Below are positions 29,012 through 36,807 of a stretch of 64,000 bases of DNA, piece by piece. The stretch covers positions 32,001 through 96,000 of the IMG/VR virus record IMGVR_UViG_3300011113_000492; one strand, written 5' to 3'. A program made the position numbers and the translations under genes. The stretch's first letter is position 1, and each line of letters starts with the position of its first letter. Source of the DNA: a virus. The notes under the pieces are model-generated. The model did not search any database. It had not been told where the DNA came from and was given only the letters and a program-made list of their open reading frames with translations.

Positions 29012-29956
29012 ATGAAAGCTAAAGAAATTATTCCAGAAGTCCGAAGAAGACCAGACATAGAAAATATTCCCTATGGTTTTGGCTCAGGGGCTCCAGTTGG
29101 TGGTGGCATTCCTGCAGGAAGAATAGAACCTACACTGGGACAAATTGGATCTCAGGCTGCACAATCTGCGGCACGAATTAAATCAGTGAGTCCTAACCAG
29201 CCATTGCCAAGCCCAAACGTTTGGCGCAGTGGAAGAGATAATACTCCAATGAGATCTCCAGGAGATAAAGCACAAAACATAGACGATGTTGTGCTACGAC
29301 AAACACATCAAGCCGCTGGACGAGGGCCTCAAGGCGGACCAATCCCAGTACCTGGTTCGACTACTGGAGAAAAGATAGCAGCCGTTGCTGGTGCAACAGG
29401 AGCAGTCGGAGGCATAGGAGCGTTGTTAACAGCACCACTGGGTACTAAACCTACAAGTGGTCAATCAACTCCGCAGGCTCCAGCAAGAGATCCAAATATG
29501 ACTCAGCAGACGCAGGATAGATTGGGGATATCATTGGACAGTCGGGGACGAACAGCTTCCGGAGCCACTTCGCCACCAGCAGCCAAACCCGCTGGACCAC
29601 AACAGGGCGTGGTTGGCTCAGATCTGGCCCGCCTCAGTGGTGGTGAATTTGCTAGCCGAGCCGATAGATTGAATCAGGCCAGAGTTGATGCTATATTAGG
29701 TTCTGGGTACAAAGCTGGCAGTGCTGCTGCCAACACAGCATTGAGAGATTATTACAAAGCCAACCCACCCATGTCAGACGCCCAAAGACAAGAGTTAGGA
29801 CAGGAAATTTTCAATCGGAGCATGGAACGTCTTCGTCAGCAGGCTGCTGACGCCAATGTCACAGTACGACCAGCTGGCAGTGACAATTCCACCGAGCCTG
29901 TGCCCGAAGATAAAAATGCATTGACGAGATTGATGAAATTGTCGGGTCAACGTTGA
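29012..29956 (+). CDS. Low-complexity Pro/Gly/Ala/Gln-rich protein, possible virion internal protein
   Basis: MKAKEIIPE start; C-terminal LTRLMKLSG. Confidence 0.6.
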   Translation: MKAKEIIPEVRRRPDIENIPYGFGSGAPVGGGIPAGRIEPTLGQIGSQAAQSAARIKSVSPNQPLPSPNVWRSGRDNTPMRSPGDKAQNIDDVVLRQTHQAAGRGPQGGPIPVPGSTTGEKIAAVAGATGAVGGIGALLTAPLGTKPTSGQSTPQAPARDPNMTQQTQDRLGISLDSRGRTASGATSPPAAKPAGPQQGVVGSDLARLSGGEFASRADRLNQARVDAILGSGYKAGSAAANTALRDYYKANPPMSDAQRQELGQEIFNRSMERLRQQAADANVTVRPAGSDNSTEPVPEDKNALTRLMKLSGQR

Positions 29957-29959
29957 AAA

Positions 29960-30625
29960 ATGATTCTAGCAGATTTTTTAATAGAAGCAGAAGCAGGTAC
30001 TAAAAATTCTGCTGCAATTTTCAGGAAGTTAAAAGCAGCCGGCTATAAAAAGCTAGGATCTGGCGCAGATTCTGTGGTATGGGCCAAAGACGACGCCAGT
30101 GTTATTAAAATTCTAATGCCTGAAGACAGCAACAGTTTAGCAGAAAAAACTTTTTTAAAATTTTATGATTTTGTGCAAGCAAACAAAGACATTGCCAATT
30201 TACCTAAATTTTTAGAATCTAGTCAGACCATGAATATAAATGGCAAAGACTATACCTTTGTGGTCATGGAAAGATTACAACACATACCGCGTGGCAGTAT
30301 CCAGGAAGCCATGGTCTGGATACTCAGCGACTATGCTGCTAAAAAAATGCAATGGAAAGATGTATTCAAAGAATTAACTCAACCCAACACATGGAAACAT
30401 TGGGAACCTCCTCCTGCCAAAGAAAAAATAATTAATATTATAAAGAACATGAATCAGCAAGATATTCTACAATATGCTGTTTTATATTCTGTAATGACCT
30501 TGCTATACCATACCGGAAGAATAAACAAACTAGGATGGGATTTGCATACAGAAAATGTAATGCAACGACAAGATGGGACTTTAGTTATAATAGATCCTTG
30601 GTTTGCTTTAAATGATGGCATTTAA
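29960..30625 (+). CDS. Ser/Thr protein kinase-like protein
   Basis: LGSGADSVV (G-loop), VIK, VMERL, DLHTENVM (catalytic loop), IDP. Confidence 0.8.
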   Translation: MILADFLIEAEAGTKNSAAIFRKLKAAGYKKLGSGADSVVWAKDDASVIKILMPEDSNSLAEKTFLKFYDFVQANKDIANLPKFLESSQTMNINGKDYTFVVMERLQHIPRGSIQEAMVWILSDYAAKKMQWKDVFKELTQPNTWKHWEPPPAKEKIINIIKNMNQQDILQYAVLYSVMTLLYHTGRINKLGWDLHTENVMQRQDGTLVIIDPWFALNDGI

Positions 30626-30651
30626 TATTTTAGTACTACAAAAAAATTTGA

Positions 30652-30680
30652 TTGACTGATAATCAAAATAACCGTATAAT
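30652..30680 (+). promoter_or_regulatory. sigma70-type promoter
   Basis: TTGACT-17-TATAAT. Confidence 0.75.
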
Positions 30681-30713
30681 AACGACTTGTTTATTTAACC
30701 ATTGGGGTTTATT

Positions 30714-31814
30714 GTGGCAACTAAAATCAGCAAGACTAAACAAAAAGAGCAGCGTATTCGCAATTTCTTGAGTAACTATACTGTTCCTTTTGAAATGGAA
30801 GATGCTGCCATTGATTTGCGTACTATGGCGCAGAATTACCAAAATGGTATTATTCCAAATAAAGACATTGGAGATGCCGTTAATGCAATTTTAGGACCTA
30901 GTGCAATTCCTCGTTGTAGCATTGATCCTCGACAATTGGGTGTACCACAATTTGCATGGGCGCCCATGGATGATGTAGGCATTGACCCTCGCTTTCAGCG
31001 TGATGTGGCTCCAAATCATGTGCAAAAGATTGAAGCAGATTTTCAGGCTGACATGATTATTGTGCCCTGTGCTATTAAAGATCCTAAAACTGGCAAATAT
31101 TTGCTGTGGGACGGGCACCACACGACTCGAGTCTGCGAACGTATGGGTTGGACTCATGTGCCTGTTTGGTACACTGAAGCAGACATTGACGACGAACACA
31201 GCCTGCAGGAAGCAGAACGTATCCTTATCCTTAAAGCAGGACGCAGTTTCCTTACTATTAATAAAAAGAACAAACGGCCTGTAAGTAATTACGATGCTCA
31301 TATGATCAGTGTTGAGTGCGGCGAGCCCGAAGCAGTCACAGTGCAGAGAATTGTAGACGCTAACACTTGTCAAGTTAAACGTGCTAGTACAAAAGCCGGT
31401 GACATCAGTCACATTGAACACCTTTATGGTGCTTATGACCTTGTGCAGGCCAGTTCAGGCATCAAAGGCATTTACCTTGCTCGTAGTCTGAAGTTTCATC
31501 GTGACACTTGGCCTAAAGAAGAAGTGCGCGGCATTATGATGTTGGCGATGGCCCGTTTGTATCAGCAAACGGAATTGCAAACTGGTCAGCTACTGTCCAA
31601 CGAATTTGATGTTGAATTTGGAAACATCCTTAAAAAGGTCTATGGACAAAGCGAAAAAGTTCATACTCGTATCAAGGAACAATTTGAAAATCATTTCGGC
31701 AGTCTAGGTGCTCACCCTGTTGTGGTTACCAGTGGCTTGGTGCTAACTTATTTGAAACATAATAAGAAAGGCTTTAAACTTAGTCAGCCCGAAGCTACTT
31801 ATCCTGTGAAATAA
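30714..31814 (+). CDS. ParB/DndB(DGQHR)-like domain protein
   Basis: IDPRFQRD ... LWDGHHTTR; GTG start chosen. Confidence 0.6.
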   Translation: MATKISKTKQKEQRIRNFLSNYTVPFEMEDAAIDLRTMAQNYQNGIIPNKDIGDAVNAILGPSAIPRCSIDPRQLGVPQFAWAPMDDVGIDPRFQRDVAPNHVQKIEADFQADMIIVPCAIKDPKTGKYLLWDGHHTTRVCERMGWTHVPVWYTEADIDDEHSLQEAERILILKAGRSFLTINKKNKRPVSNYDAHMISVECGEPEAVTVQRIVDANTCQVKRASTKAGDISHIEHLYGAYDLVQASSGIKGIYLARSLKFHRDTWPKEEVRGIMMLAMARLYQQTELQTGQLLSNEFDVEFGNILKKVYGQSEKVHTRIKEQFENHFGSLGAHPVVVTSGLVLTYLKHNKKGFKLSQPEATYPVK

Positions 31815-31815
31815 A

Positions 31816-32232
31816 ATGCGTCCTTATGTTCTATATCTTCGCAAGTGCCCTGGGGTCAAAGACCCTAGGCACTTTAAGATCGGCATTGCGGCATTGGACA
31901 AAGTTCGTACACGTCTTGCGGCATATCAAAATGCCGTGGGTCCAGTGTACACTGAAGAATTCATGCATATTTGGCTAGGTGAAGATATTGATGTTAAAGA
32001 AGCAGAAAAAAAGATTAAATTAAATTTCAAAGATCGAATCAGCAGTGCTGAAGCAGGATTAAGTGAATGGATCTGCGACATCAACAAACAAGAAATTCTT
32101 GATTTCATTGTCGAATTACGCACCGATTATTTTATCAAGCTTCAAGACGGGCCCGGTGAACTGCAACCTTTGACAATGAATAATTGTGAGGACTTGCAGG
32201 ATTGGTATGATGAAAATTTTATAACTGAATAG
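31816..32232 (+). CDS. T5orf172/GIY-YIG-like nuclease domain protein
   Basis: YVLYL...FKIG...RTRL...EAEKKI...SEW. Confidence 0.6.
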   Translation: MRPYVLYLRKCPGVKDPRHFKIGIAALDKVRTRLAAYQNAVGPVYTEEFMHIWLGEDIDVKEAEKKIKLNFKDRISSAEAGLSEWICDINKQEILDFIVELRTDYFIKLQDGPGELQPLTMNNCEDLQDWYDENFITE

Positions 32233-32254
32233 TCATAAAAAGTAGTACAATTTT

Positions 32255-32349
32255 AGGGCTTTTGAGCCCTATTTTTGTTGTATTTTTACAACAAATATTT
32301 TGGTTGACCAATATTCCCAATTTTGCTATAATAATGGAATAGTAAGTAA
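32255..32349 (+). repeat. Stem-loop + palindrome + early promoter cassette, copy A
   Basis: AGGGCT/AGCCCT hairpin; TTTGTTGTA-tttt-TACAACAAA; TTGACC(32304)-17-TATAAT; 32271-32349 identical to 43188-43266. Confidence 0.92.
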
Positions 32350-32362
32350 ACAGGAGCTGGAA

Positions 32363-32539
32363 ATGAACTTTGAACAAGCACTGAATGTCGTAGAGCAATA
32401 CCAGCAAGATTGGGCCTTGCCCGGACTGCTAGAAACCTTGATGCAGATGCAGGATTCTTTGGACGAACTGACCTTCAACGAGGCTCGTGCCTATCGCGTG
32501 GTTTTTCGTGCAATGGGCAAGCTCTTTGCCCCGGTTTAA
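32363..32539 (+). CDS. Hypothetical early protein
   Basis: AGGAG RBS, ATG 32363. Confidence 0.75.
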   Translation: MNFEQALNVVEQYQQDWALPGLLETLMQMQDSLDELTFNEARAYRVVFRAMGKLFAPV

Positions 32540-32568
32540 TAATACCGTTTCAACTCAAAGGAATTCAA

Positions 32569-32736
32569 ATGCAATATCCTGAATATTTCACCGCAGACGA
32601 TATCATGGAATTTGAGTACGAATATAACCGTATTCGCGATATCGAAGAAAACGTGGGTTTTTGGAAAATCAACGCTGAACTTCAACTTGTTGCACAAAAA
32701 CAACAAGAAGAACTAGAAGAACTTTTGGTTGACTGA
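32569..32736 (+). CDS. Hypothetical acidic protein
   Basis: AAGGA RBS, ATG 32569. Confidence 0.65.
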   Translation: MQYPEYFTADDIMEFEYEYNRIRDIEENVGFWKINAELQLVAQKQQEELEELLVD

Positions 32737-32757
32737 AATTCCCAAATTTGCTATAAT
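32729..32757 (+). promoter_or_regulatory. Early promoter (cassette variant)
   Basis: ggTTGACT-17-(TGC)TATAAT. Confidence 0.8.
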
Positions 32758-32788
32758 AATGGCATACAGTAACAAGACGGAGTAAGAA

Positions 32789-33073
32789 ATGACTGCAATT
32801 TATCAAGCACTCACTGAGCAAGAAAAACGTGAAGTTCGCATGTACGGTTGCACCGAAGCACAGATGCGCGAAGCTGTCGAAGAAAGCATTACATTCCGTT
32901 TTTCAGGTCCTGCTATGATGGCCGCAAGCCTCATGAGCGACTGCCAAGAGATGGTCAGCTACGGTCCTTACGATGGCGACACACTGGCCAACATTCTCGA
33001 AGATCAGCGCCAAACACTGAACCGCGCCAAGTGGATTTTGTTTACATACTGCATGAACAAGGAGACTGCATAA
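32789..33073 (+). CDS. Hypothetical early protein
   Basis: GGAG RBS. Confidence 0.75.
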   Translation: MTAIYQALTEQEKREVRMYGCTEAQMREAVEESITFRFSGPAMMAASLMSDCQEMVSYGPYDGDTLANILEDQRQTLNRAKWILFTYCMNKETA

Positions 33074-33243
33074 TGAGTAAAATGAGCGAACTTAGCATTG
33101 ACATCCAGGGTATGCTAGTAGAAGGGCACGACCCCCGGGCCATTGCACGATATCTTGAAATTCCTGTGGAATGGGTCTACGAAGAACTGTCTAGGGAATC
33201 TGAAGAAGAATCCTTTAGCCCTTTTGAAACTTGCAATAGTTAA
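33073..33243 (+). CDS. Hypothetical acidic protein
   Basis: AAGGAG RBS, TAATG overlap. Confidence 0.65.
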   Translation: MSKMSELSIDIQGMLVEGHDPRAIARYLEIPVEWVYEELSRESEEESFSPFETCNS

Positions 33244-33251
33244 AATTTTGG

Positions 33252-33280
33252 TTGACCAAAATTCTCAATTCTGCTATAAT
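33252..33280 (+). promoter_or_regulatory. Early promoter (cassette variant)
   Basis: ggTTGACC-17-(TGC)TATAAT. Confidence 0.8.
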
Positions 33281-33303
33281 TTAATTTTAAACAAGGAACT
33301 GCA

Positions 33304-33477
33304 ATGATTAAATCTTTTGTTACTCATCTGGGCGGCACTGTTACTTTTACCCCTACTGGTTTGATTCACAAGGCAGGCAGCGGTGCGTATAGCGGTCGAC
33401 TGGCTGAACTGAATCAGAATGCTGTGGTCACTGATCAGCCCAAGCGTGGTCGTGGTCGTCCTCGTAAAGCTAAGTAA
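33304..33477 (+). CDS. 57-aa protein with C-terminal AT-hook (not in ORF track)
   Basis: AAGGA RBS; MIKSFVTHLGG...DQPKRGRGRPRKAK*. Confidence 0.75.
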   Translation: MIKSFVTHLGGTVTFTPTGLIHKAGSGAYSGRLAELNQNAVVTDQPKRGRGRPRKAK

Positions 33478-33489
33478 TAGGAGACTGCA

Positions 33490-33642
33490 ATGAAAGAATA
33501 TCTACGGCGTGTGGATCTTGTAGTCAGTATATGGATTGATGAAGATGCGGATGTACAAGAAGTAGTGCAAGAAATGAACTATTCTTTTGACCATCCTGCT
33601 ATTCATGAACACTGTATTGAAGACATCTTAACCGAAATTTGA
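33490..33642 (+). CDS. 50-aa hypothetical protein (not in ORF track)
   Basis: AGGAG RBS; MKEYLRRVDLVVSIWIDEDADVQEVVQEMNYSFDHPAIHEHCIEDILTEI*. Confidence 0.65.
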   Translation: MKEYLRRVDLVVSIWIDEDADVQEVVQEMNYSFDHPAIHEHCIEDILTEI

Positions 33643-33653
33643 AAGAAATATAA

Positions 33654-34013
33654 ATGAACAGTTTGAACACTTGCATGAGTTGTGCCAGACAGCACGATAG
33701 TTGGCGTGCATATTGCACCAACTGTATGCAGACTCAGGCTATTATTAAACAAATGGAAGAAGCTGAGCGGCGTCGAAATTTTAATTCGCCAGCCAATTCG
33801 CCTTTGCCGCCACCTAATTATTCGGGTTACAGTGGCGGGTCCTATGAACCAAGTCGATTTTCTTGGCTGTGGACCAGCGGAATCGGTGCATTTGGGTTTT
33901 TCTGTTGGATATTGTATATGTTTTGGACTTTGTTGTTCAATGGCGCCAATTTTACGGGCATGGACCTTGTTGCCGGATTGGTATTCTTGTCTTGGTATGG
34001 CAACGAATACTAA
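33654..34013 (+). CDS. Zn-ribbon-like membrane protein
   Basis: CMSC...CTNC, Pro-rich linker, two hydrophobic segments. Confidence 0.6.
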   Translation: MNSLNTCMSCARQHDSWRAYCTNCMQTQAIIKQMEEAERRRNFNSPANSPLPPPNYSGYSGGSYEPSRFSWLWTSGIGAFGFFCWILYMFWTLLFNGANFTGMDLVAGLVFLSWYGNEY

Positions 34014-34040
34014 TTTGGTAAACCAGAATTCATAATATGG

Positions 34041-34069
34041 TTGACATCAATTTCGTTTTCAACTATAAT
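34041..34069 (+). promoter_or_regulatory. Early promoter
   Basis: ggTTGACA-17-TATAAT. Confidence 0.8.
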
Positions 34070-34135
34070 TTGAATATGTTAGCAAATGGATGTTAACATT
34101 TTTTTCAACTAACTTGTTTTTTCTAGGAGTATTTT

Positions 34136-34471
34136 ATGTTTAAAGTTGCTGGTGTTTCCGTTCTCAAGGGTGAAGTCAAAGTTCGTTTTGCCAACGACAT
34201 GACTCGTGTTAAGGTGTTGGCTAAAAATGGCCACACTGATATTGAACTGCTTGAGCTGCCCGAGGCCATGGACAAGCCTGCTGTGGTCACTTATCTCAAG
34301 TCCACTGCACTGTATCAAGACAGTCGCTTTACGGCTGCAATTGATGCTGCTGATTCTAAGTACAACAGTTCTGCAACTGTTAAAATCAGCAAGCCCAAGG
34401 CAGAAAAGCCCAGAATTGACGCTATCAAGGCTCGTGCTAAAACAGCTAAGACTGAGCCCGTGGCAGAGTGA
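34136..34471 (+). CDS. Hypothetical protein with basic C-terminal tail
   Basis: AGGAG RBS, codon use of a highly expressed gene. Confidence 0.75.
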   Translation: MFKVAGVSVLKGEVKVRFANDMTRVKVLAKNGHTDIELLELPEAMDKPAVVTYLKSTALYQDSRFTAAIDAADSKYNSSATVKISKPKAEKPRIDAIKARAKTAKTEPVAE

Positions 34472-34491
34472 TCGGCACAAGTGTGCAGGAC

Positions 34492-34511
34492 AAGGCCCGT
34501 ATGGGCCTTTT
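34492..34511 (+). terminator. Rho-independent terminator
   Basis: AAGGCCC-gtat-GGGCCTT + TT. Confidence 0.65.
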
Positions 34512-34532
34512 CCATTGAATAAATATGATAAA

Positions 34533-34676
34533 ATGGTAATACTTAATTTAATTTTTTTGTTGGCACTAATTGGTATCATTGGATTTTGGATTCATTCGGT
34601 GGCCACCTACGATTGGTCAAAATTTGATGAAGACAGCAAAGATGATGATTTCTTAAAGCCATATGATGACAAATAA
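34533..34676 (+). CDS. Small membrane protein (47 aa)
   Basis: TAAATA 7 nt upstream; TM followed by acidic tail. Confidence 0.6.
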   Translation: MVILNLIFLLALIGIIGFWIHSVATYDWSKFDEDSKDDDFLKPYDDK

Positions 34677-34686
34677 GGAATAAATT

Positions 34687-35079
34687 ATGAAACAAATTCT
34701 TGTAGGATTATTATTTGCATCAAGTGCTGCCATGGCCCAAGATGTTTATGTAGTGTCTGTGCAACCAAGATTTACTACAGTCTATCAACAACAGTGTCAG
34801 ATAGTCGGTGTACGCGAAGACAACAGCGGTGTGGGTACCGTCATCGGTTTAATTGCGGGCGGTATTATCGGCAATCAAGTCGGCGGTGGCAGTGGTCGAG
34901 ATATTGCCACAGTGATCGGTGCTGGAGTAGGAGCCAGTGTAGGTAACAGGATCGGACAGGATCAAGTTTCTAATGGTCAGCGGCAAGTGTGCCAAAATGT
35001 GCCGGTGACTGTGCAGAATGGTGAAACCGTGACATTTAACTATCGAGGTAGGGTGTTCACGCAAGTATTCACTCATTGA
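34687..35079 (+). CDS. Glycine-zipper 2TM domain protein
   Basis: Signal peptide; GTVIGLIAGGIIGNQVGGGSGRDIATVIGAGVGASVG. Confidence 0.85.
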   Translation: MKQILVGLLFASSAAMAQDVYVVSVQPRFTTVYQQQCQIVGVREDNSGVGTVIGLIAGGIIGNQVGGGSGRDIATVIGAGVGASVGNRIGQDQVSNGQRQVCQNVPVTVQNGETVTFNYRGRVFTQVFTH

Positions 35080-35199
35080 TAAATATTTGACACACAGATA
35101 ATGGCTAGGTGAAACATCTCAAAGAAGTCAACATGGGATATTTCTAAAGGTTTTAGTAGTGGCAGACTTAAATCAAGTATGTTGCAAAAAAGTATAGTA

Positions 35200-35562
35200 G
35201 TTTAACGCTTCGATAGAAAGAAGTTCTGGACCCGGCTAGCATATGCCGGCAGGTCCACCAAGTATGCTAGTCCGGTAGCGATAGTGTGAGTGACTACAGT
35301 CTTGTGCGAGTCAAGACCATACCTGATGGGCCTGAAAAGATTCGACAGGGCAACAAGTATTGACAAGATCTACTCGGCAATGTAGAAGCCGTTAGGATTG
35401 GGGTCACCCGGTCGAAGACACACAAACCGTAAATGCAAAAGCATCTACATCTGGTAGCTTCAAGTTCAGCGGAAAAGGCGTAAAGCTTGCTTCTGCTCGT
35501 CGTGAAGCTGTATTGGCCTAAGTAGCCAAACCCGGGGTTGGTAACCTTGTAACTCAATAACC
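35200..35562 (+). ncRNA. ssrA: Circularly permuted (two-piece) tmRNA; outer boundaries approximate
   Basis: Acceptor piece ends CAGGTCC-ACCA at 35260; coding piece starts GGGCCTG at 35328 (7-bp stem with G3:U); GATTCGAC follows; AGGGC/GTTCT and TATTGA/TCGATA pairings; tag ORF 35435-35521 AKASTSGSFKFSGKGVKLASARREAVLA*. Confidence 0.88.
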
Positions 35563-35567
35563 TAATT

Positions 35568-35587
35568 AGGACCTTCGGGTCCTTTTT
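35568..35587 (+). terminator. Rho-independent terminator after tmRNA
   Basis: AGGACC-TTCG-GGTCCT-TTTT. Confidence 0.85.
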
Positions 35588-35607
35588 ATTTGTTCGAATG
35601 TTCGAGA

Positions 35608-35636
35608 TTGTAATCTTTCTGTAATCAATTTGACAT
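35608..35636 (+). promoter_or_regulatory. Pho box upstream of pstS
   Basis: TTGTAAT, CTGTAAT, TTGACAT at exact 11-bp spacing, resembling the PhoB CTGTCAT repeat. Confidence 0.75.
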
Positions 35637-35667
35637 TAAATATCATTACAACTATCAAGGAGATTAA

Positions 35668-36675
35668 ATGAAAAAAATCACAGCATTTATTAGTGCATTA
35701 CTAATTTCTACATCTGCATTTAGTGCAGACATTACCGGTGCAGGTGCAACATTCCCTTTCCCAATCTATGCTAAATGGGCAGAAGCATATAAAAAGGCCA
35801 CTGGCACAGGTATGAACTATCAAAGTATTGGCAGTTCAGGTGGCATTAGACAAATCAATGCTAGAACTGTGGATTTTGGTGCAACTGATGCTCCAGTTAA
35901 AGGTGAAGACCTAGACAAGCAGGGTCAAGTTCAGTTTCCTGCTATCATTGGCGGAACAGTGCCAGTGGTAAACCTAGATGGTTTTAAACCAGGCGAACTA
36001 CGCATCACCGGACCAGTTATGGCCGAAGTGTTCATGGGAACTATTTCTAAATGGAATGATCCTAAACTGGTAGCATTGAATCCAGGCAAGATTCTGCCCA
36101 ACACAGAAATCACTGTGGTTCATCGTGCTGATGGTAGTGGCACAACATTTAACTGGACAGATTATCTTACTACTGTGAGTCCCGAGTGGGAGAAGCGTGT
36201 GGGTCGTGGTGCCGCAGTTAAATGGCCAGCAGCCACATCGGTAGGTGGCAAAGGCAACGAAGGTGTTGCTGCTAATGTGAACAGAATTAAAGGTTCGATC
36301 GGTTATGTAGAGTATGCTTATGTTAAAAAGAACAACATGACATTTCTACAACTACAGAATAAAGCAGGTCGATGGGTAAGTCCAGATGACTTAACATTTG
36401 CCGCAGCAGCAGATGGTGCTGATTGGTTTAGTGTTCCAGGCATGGGATTGAGTATTGTGGATCAGCGTAATCCTAATGCGTGGCCAGTGAGTTCAGCAAG
36501 TTTCATCATCATGTACAAAGAGCCAAAGAACAAAGCTGCCAGCGATGAAGTATTAAAGTTCTTTGATTGGGCATTTAAGAATGGTAAGAAGATGAGTGAG
36601 GAATTAGATTATGTACATTTACCTACCGTATTACAAGATCAGATTCGTCAGCGAGTTTGGAGCCAGATAAAGTAA
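35668..36675 (+). CDS. pstS: Phosphate ABC transporter substrate-binding protein
   Basis: ITGAGATFPFPIYAKWA, YQSIGSSGG, DFGATD, HRADGSGTT, IGYVEYAY. Confidence 0.97.
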   Translation: MKKITAFISALLISTSAFSADITGAGATFPFPIYAKWAEAYKKATGTGMNYQSIGSSGGIRQINARTVDFGATDAPVKGEDLDKQGQVQFPAIIGGTVPVVNLDGFKPGELRITGPVMAEVFMGTISKWNDPKLVALNPGKILPNTEITVVHRADGSGTTFNWTDYLTTVSPEWEKRVGRGAAVKWPAATSVGGKGNEGVAANVNRIKGSIGYVEYAYVKKNNMTFLQLQNKAGRWVSPDDLTFAAAADGADWFSVPGMGLSIVDQRNPNAWPVSSASFIIMYKEPKNKAASDEVLKFFDWAFKNGKKMSEELDYVHLPTVLQDQIRQRVWSQIK

Positions 36676-36718
36676 ACCGACCACAAAGATAGAGTGGCGC
36701 TGGAACTCGTAACCAGTA

Positions 36719-36742
36719 TAGGACCTATAGGGTCCTATTTTT
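36719..36742 (+). terminator. Rho-independent terminator after pstS
   Basis: TAGGACC-tatag-GGTCCTA + T tract. Confidence 0.8.
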
Positions 36743-36757
36743 ATTTCAACGGGTACA

Positions 36758-36775
36758 TTGTAATAATCTTGTAAC
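36758..36775 (+). promoter_or_regulatory. Pho box upstream of the plcP-like gene
   Basis: TTGTAAT and TTGTAAC 11 bp apart. Confidence 0.6.
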
Positions 36776-36807
36776 ACTGAGACGCAACATTTACAGTAAA
36801 TATGATT

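Noticed and set aside
32274-32295. Palindrome as a CRP site linked to the phage cyclase
   Set aside because: Half-sites and spacing do not match TGTGA-N6-TCACA, and the position is not a canonical class I or II site.
32300-32362. Shared N-terminus MVDQYSQFCYNNGIVS in ORFs 32300 and 43217
   Set aside because: It is a translation of the repeated promoter cassette. The real starts are the RBS-preceded ATGs at 32363 and 43280.
34077-34100. 5' UTR hairpin ATGTTAGCA-AATGGA-TGTTAACAT as a CsrA/RsmA site
   Set aside because: There is a single GGA loop far from the RBS, and the inferred host group is not known to me to rely on CsrA. Too weak to call.
35228-35260. Stand-alone tRNA ending in CCA
   Set aside because: There is no upstream acceptor strand, D arm or anticodon arm. 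The complementary strand lies downstream at 35328, which fits permuted tmRNA.
35294-35557. 87-aa - strand ORF and other antisense or alternate-frame ORFs in the track (e.g. 4092-4424, 17566-18033, 30891-31421, 52606-52977)
   Set aside because: They are shadows of better-supported genes or RNA, with no RBS, promoter or recognisable motifs.
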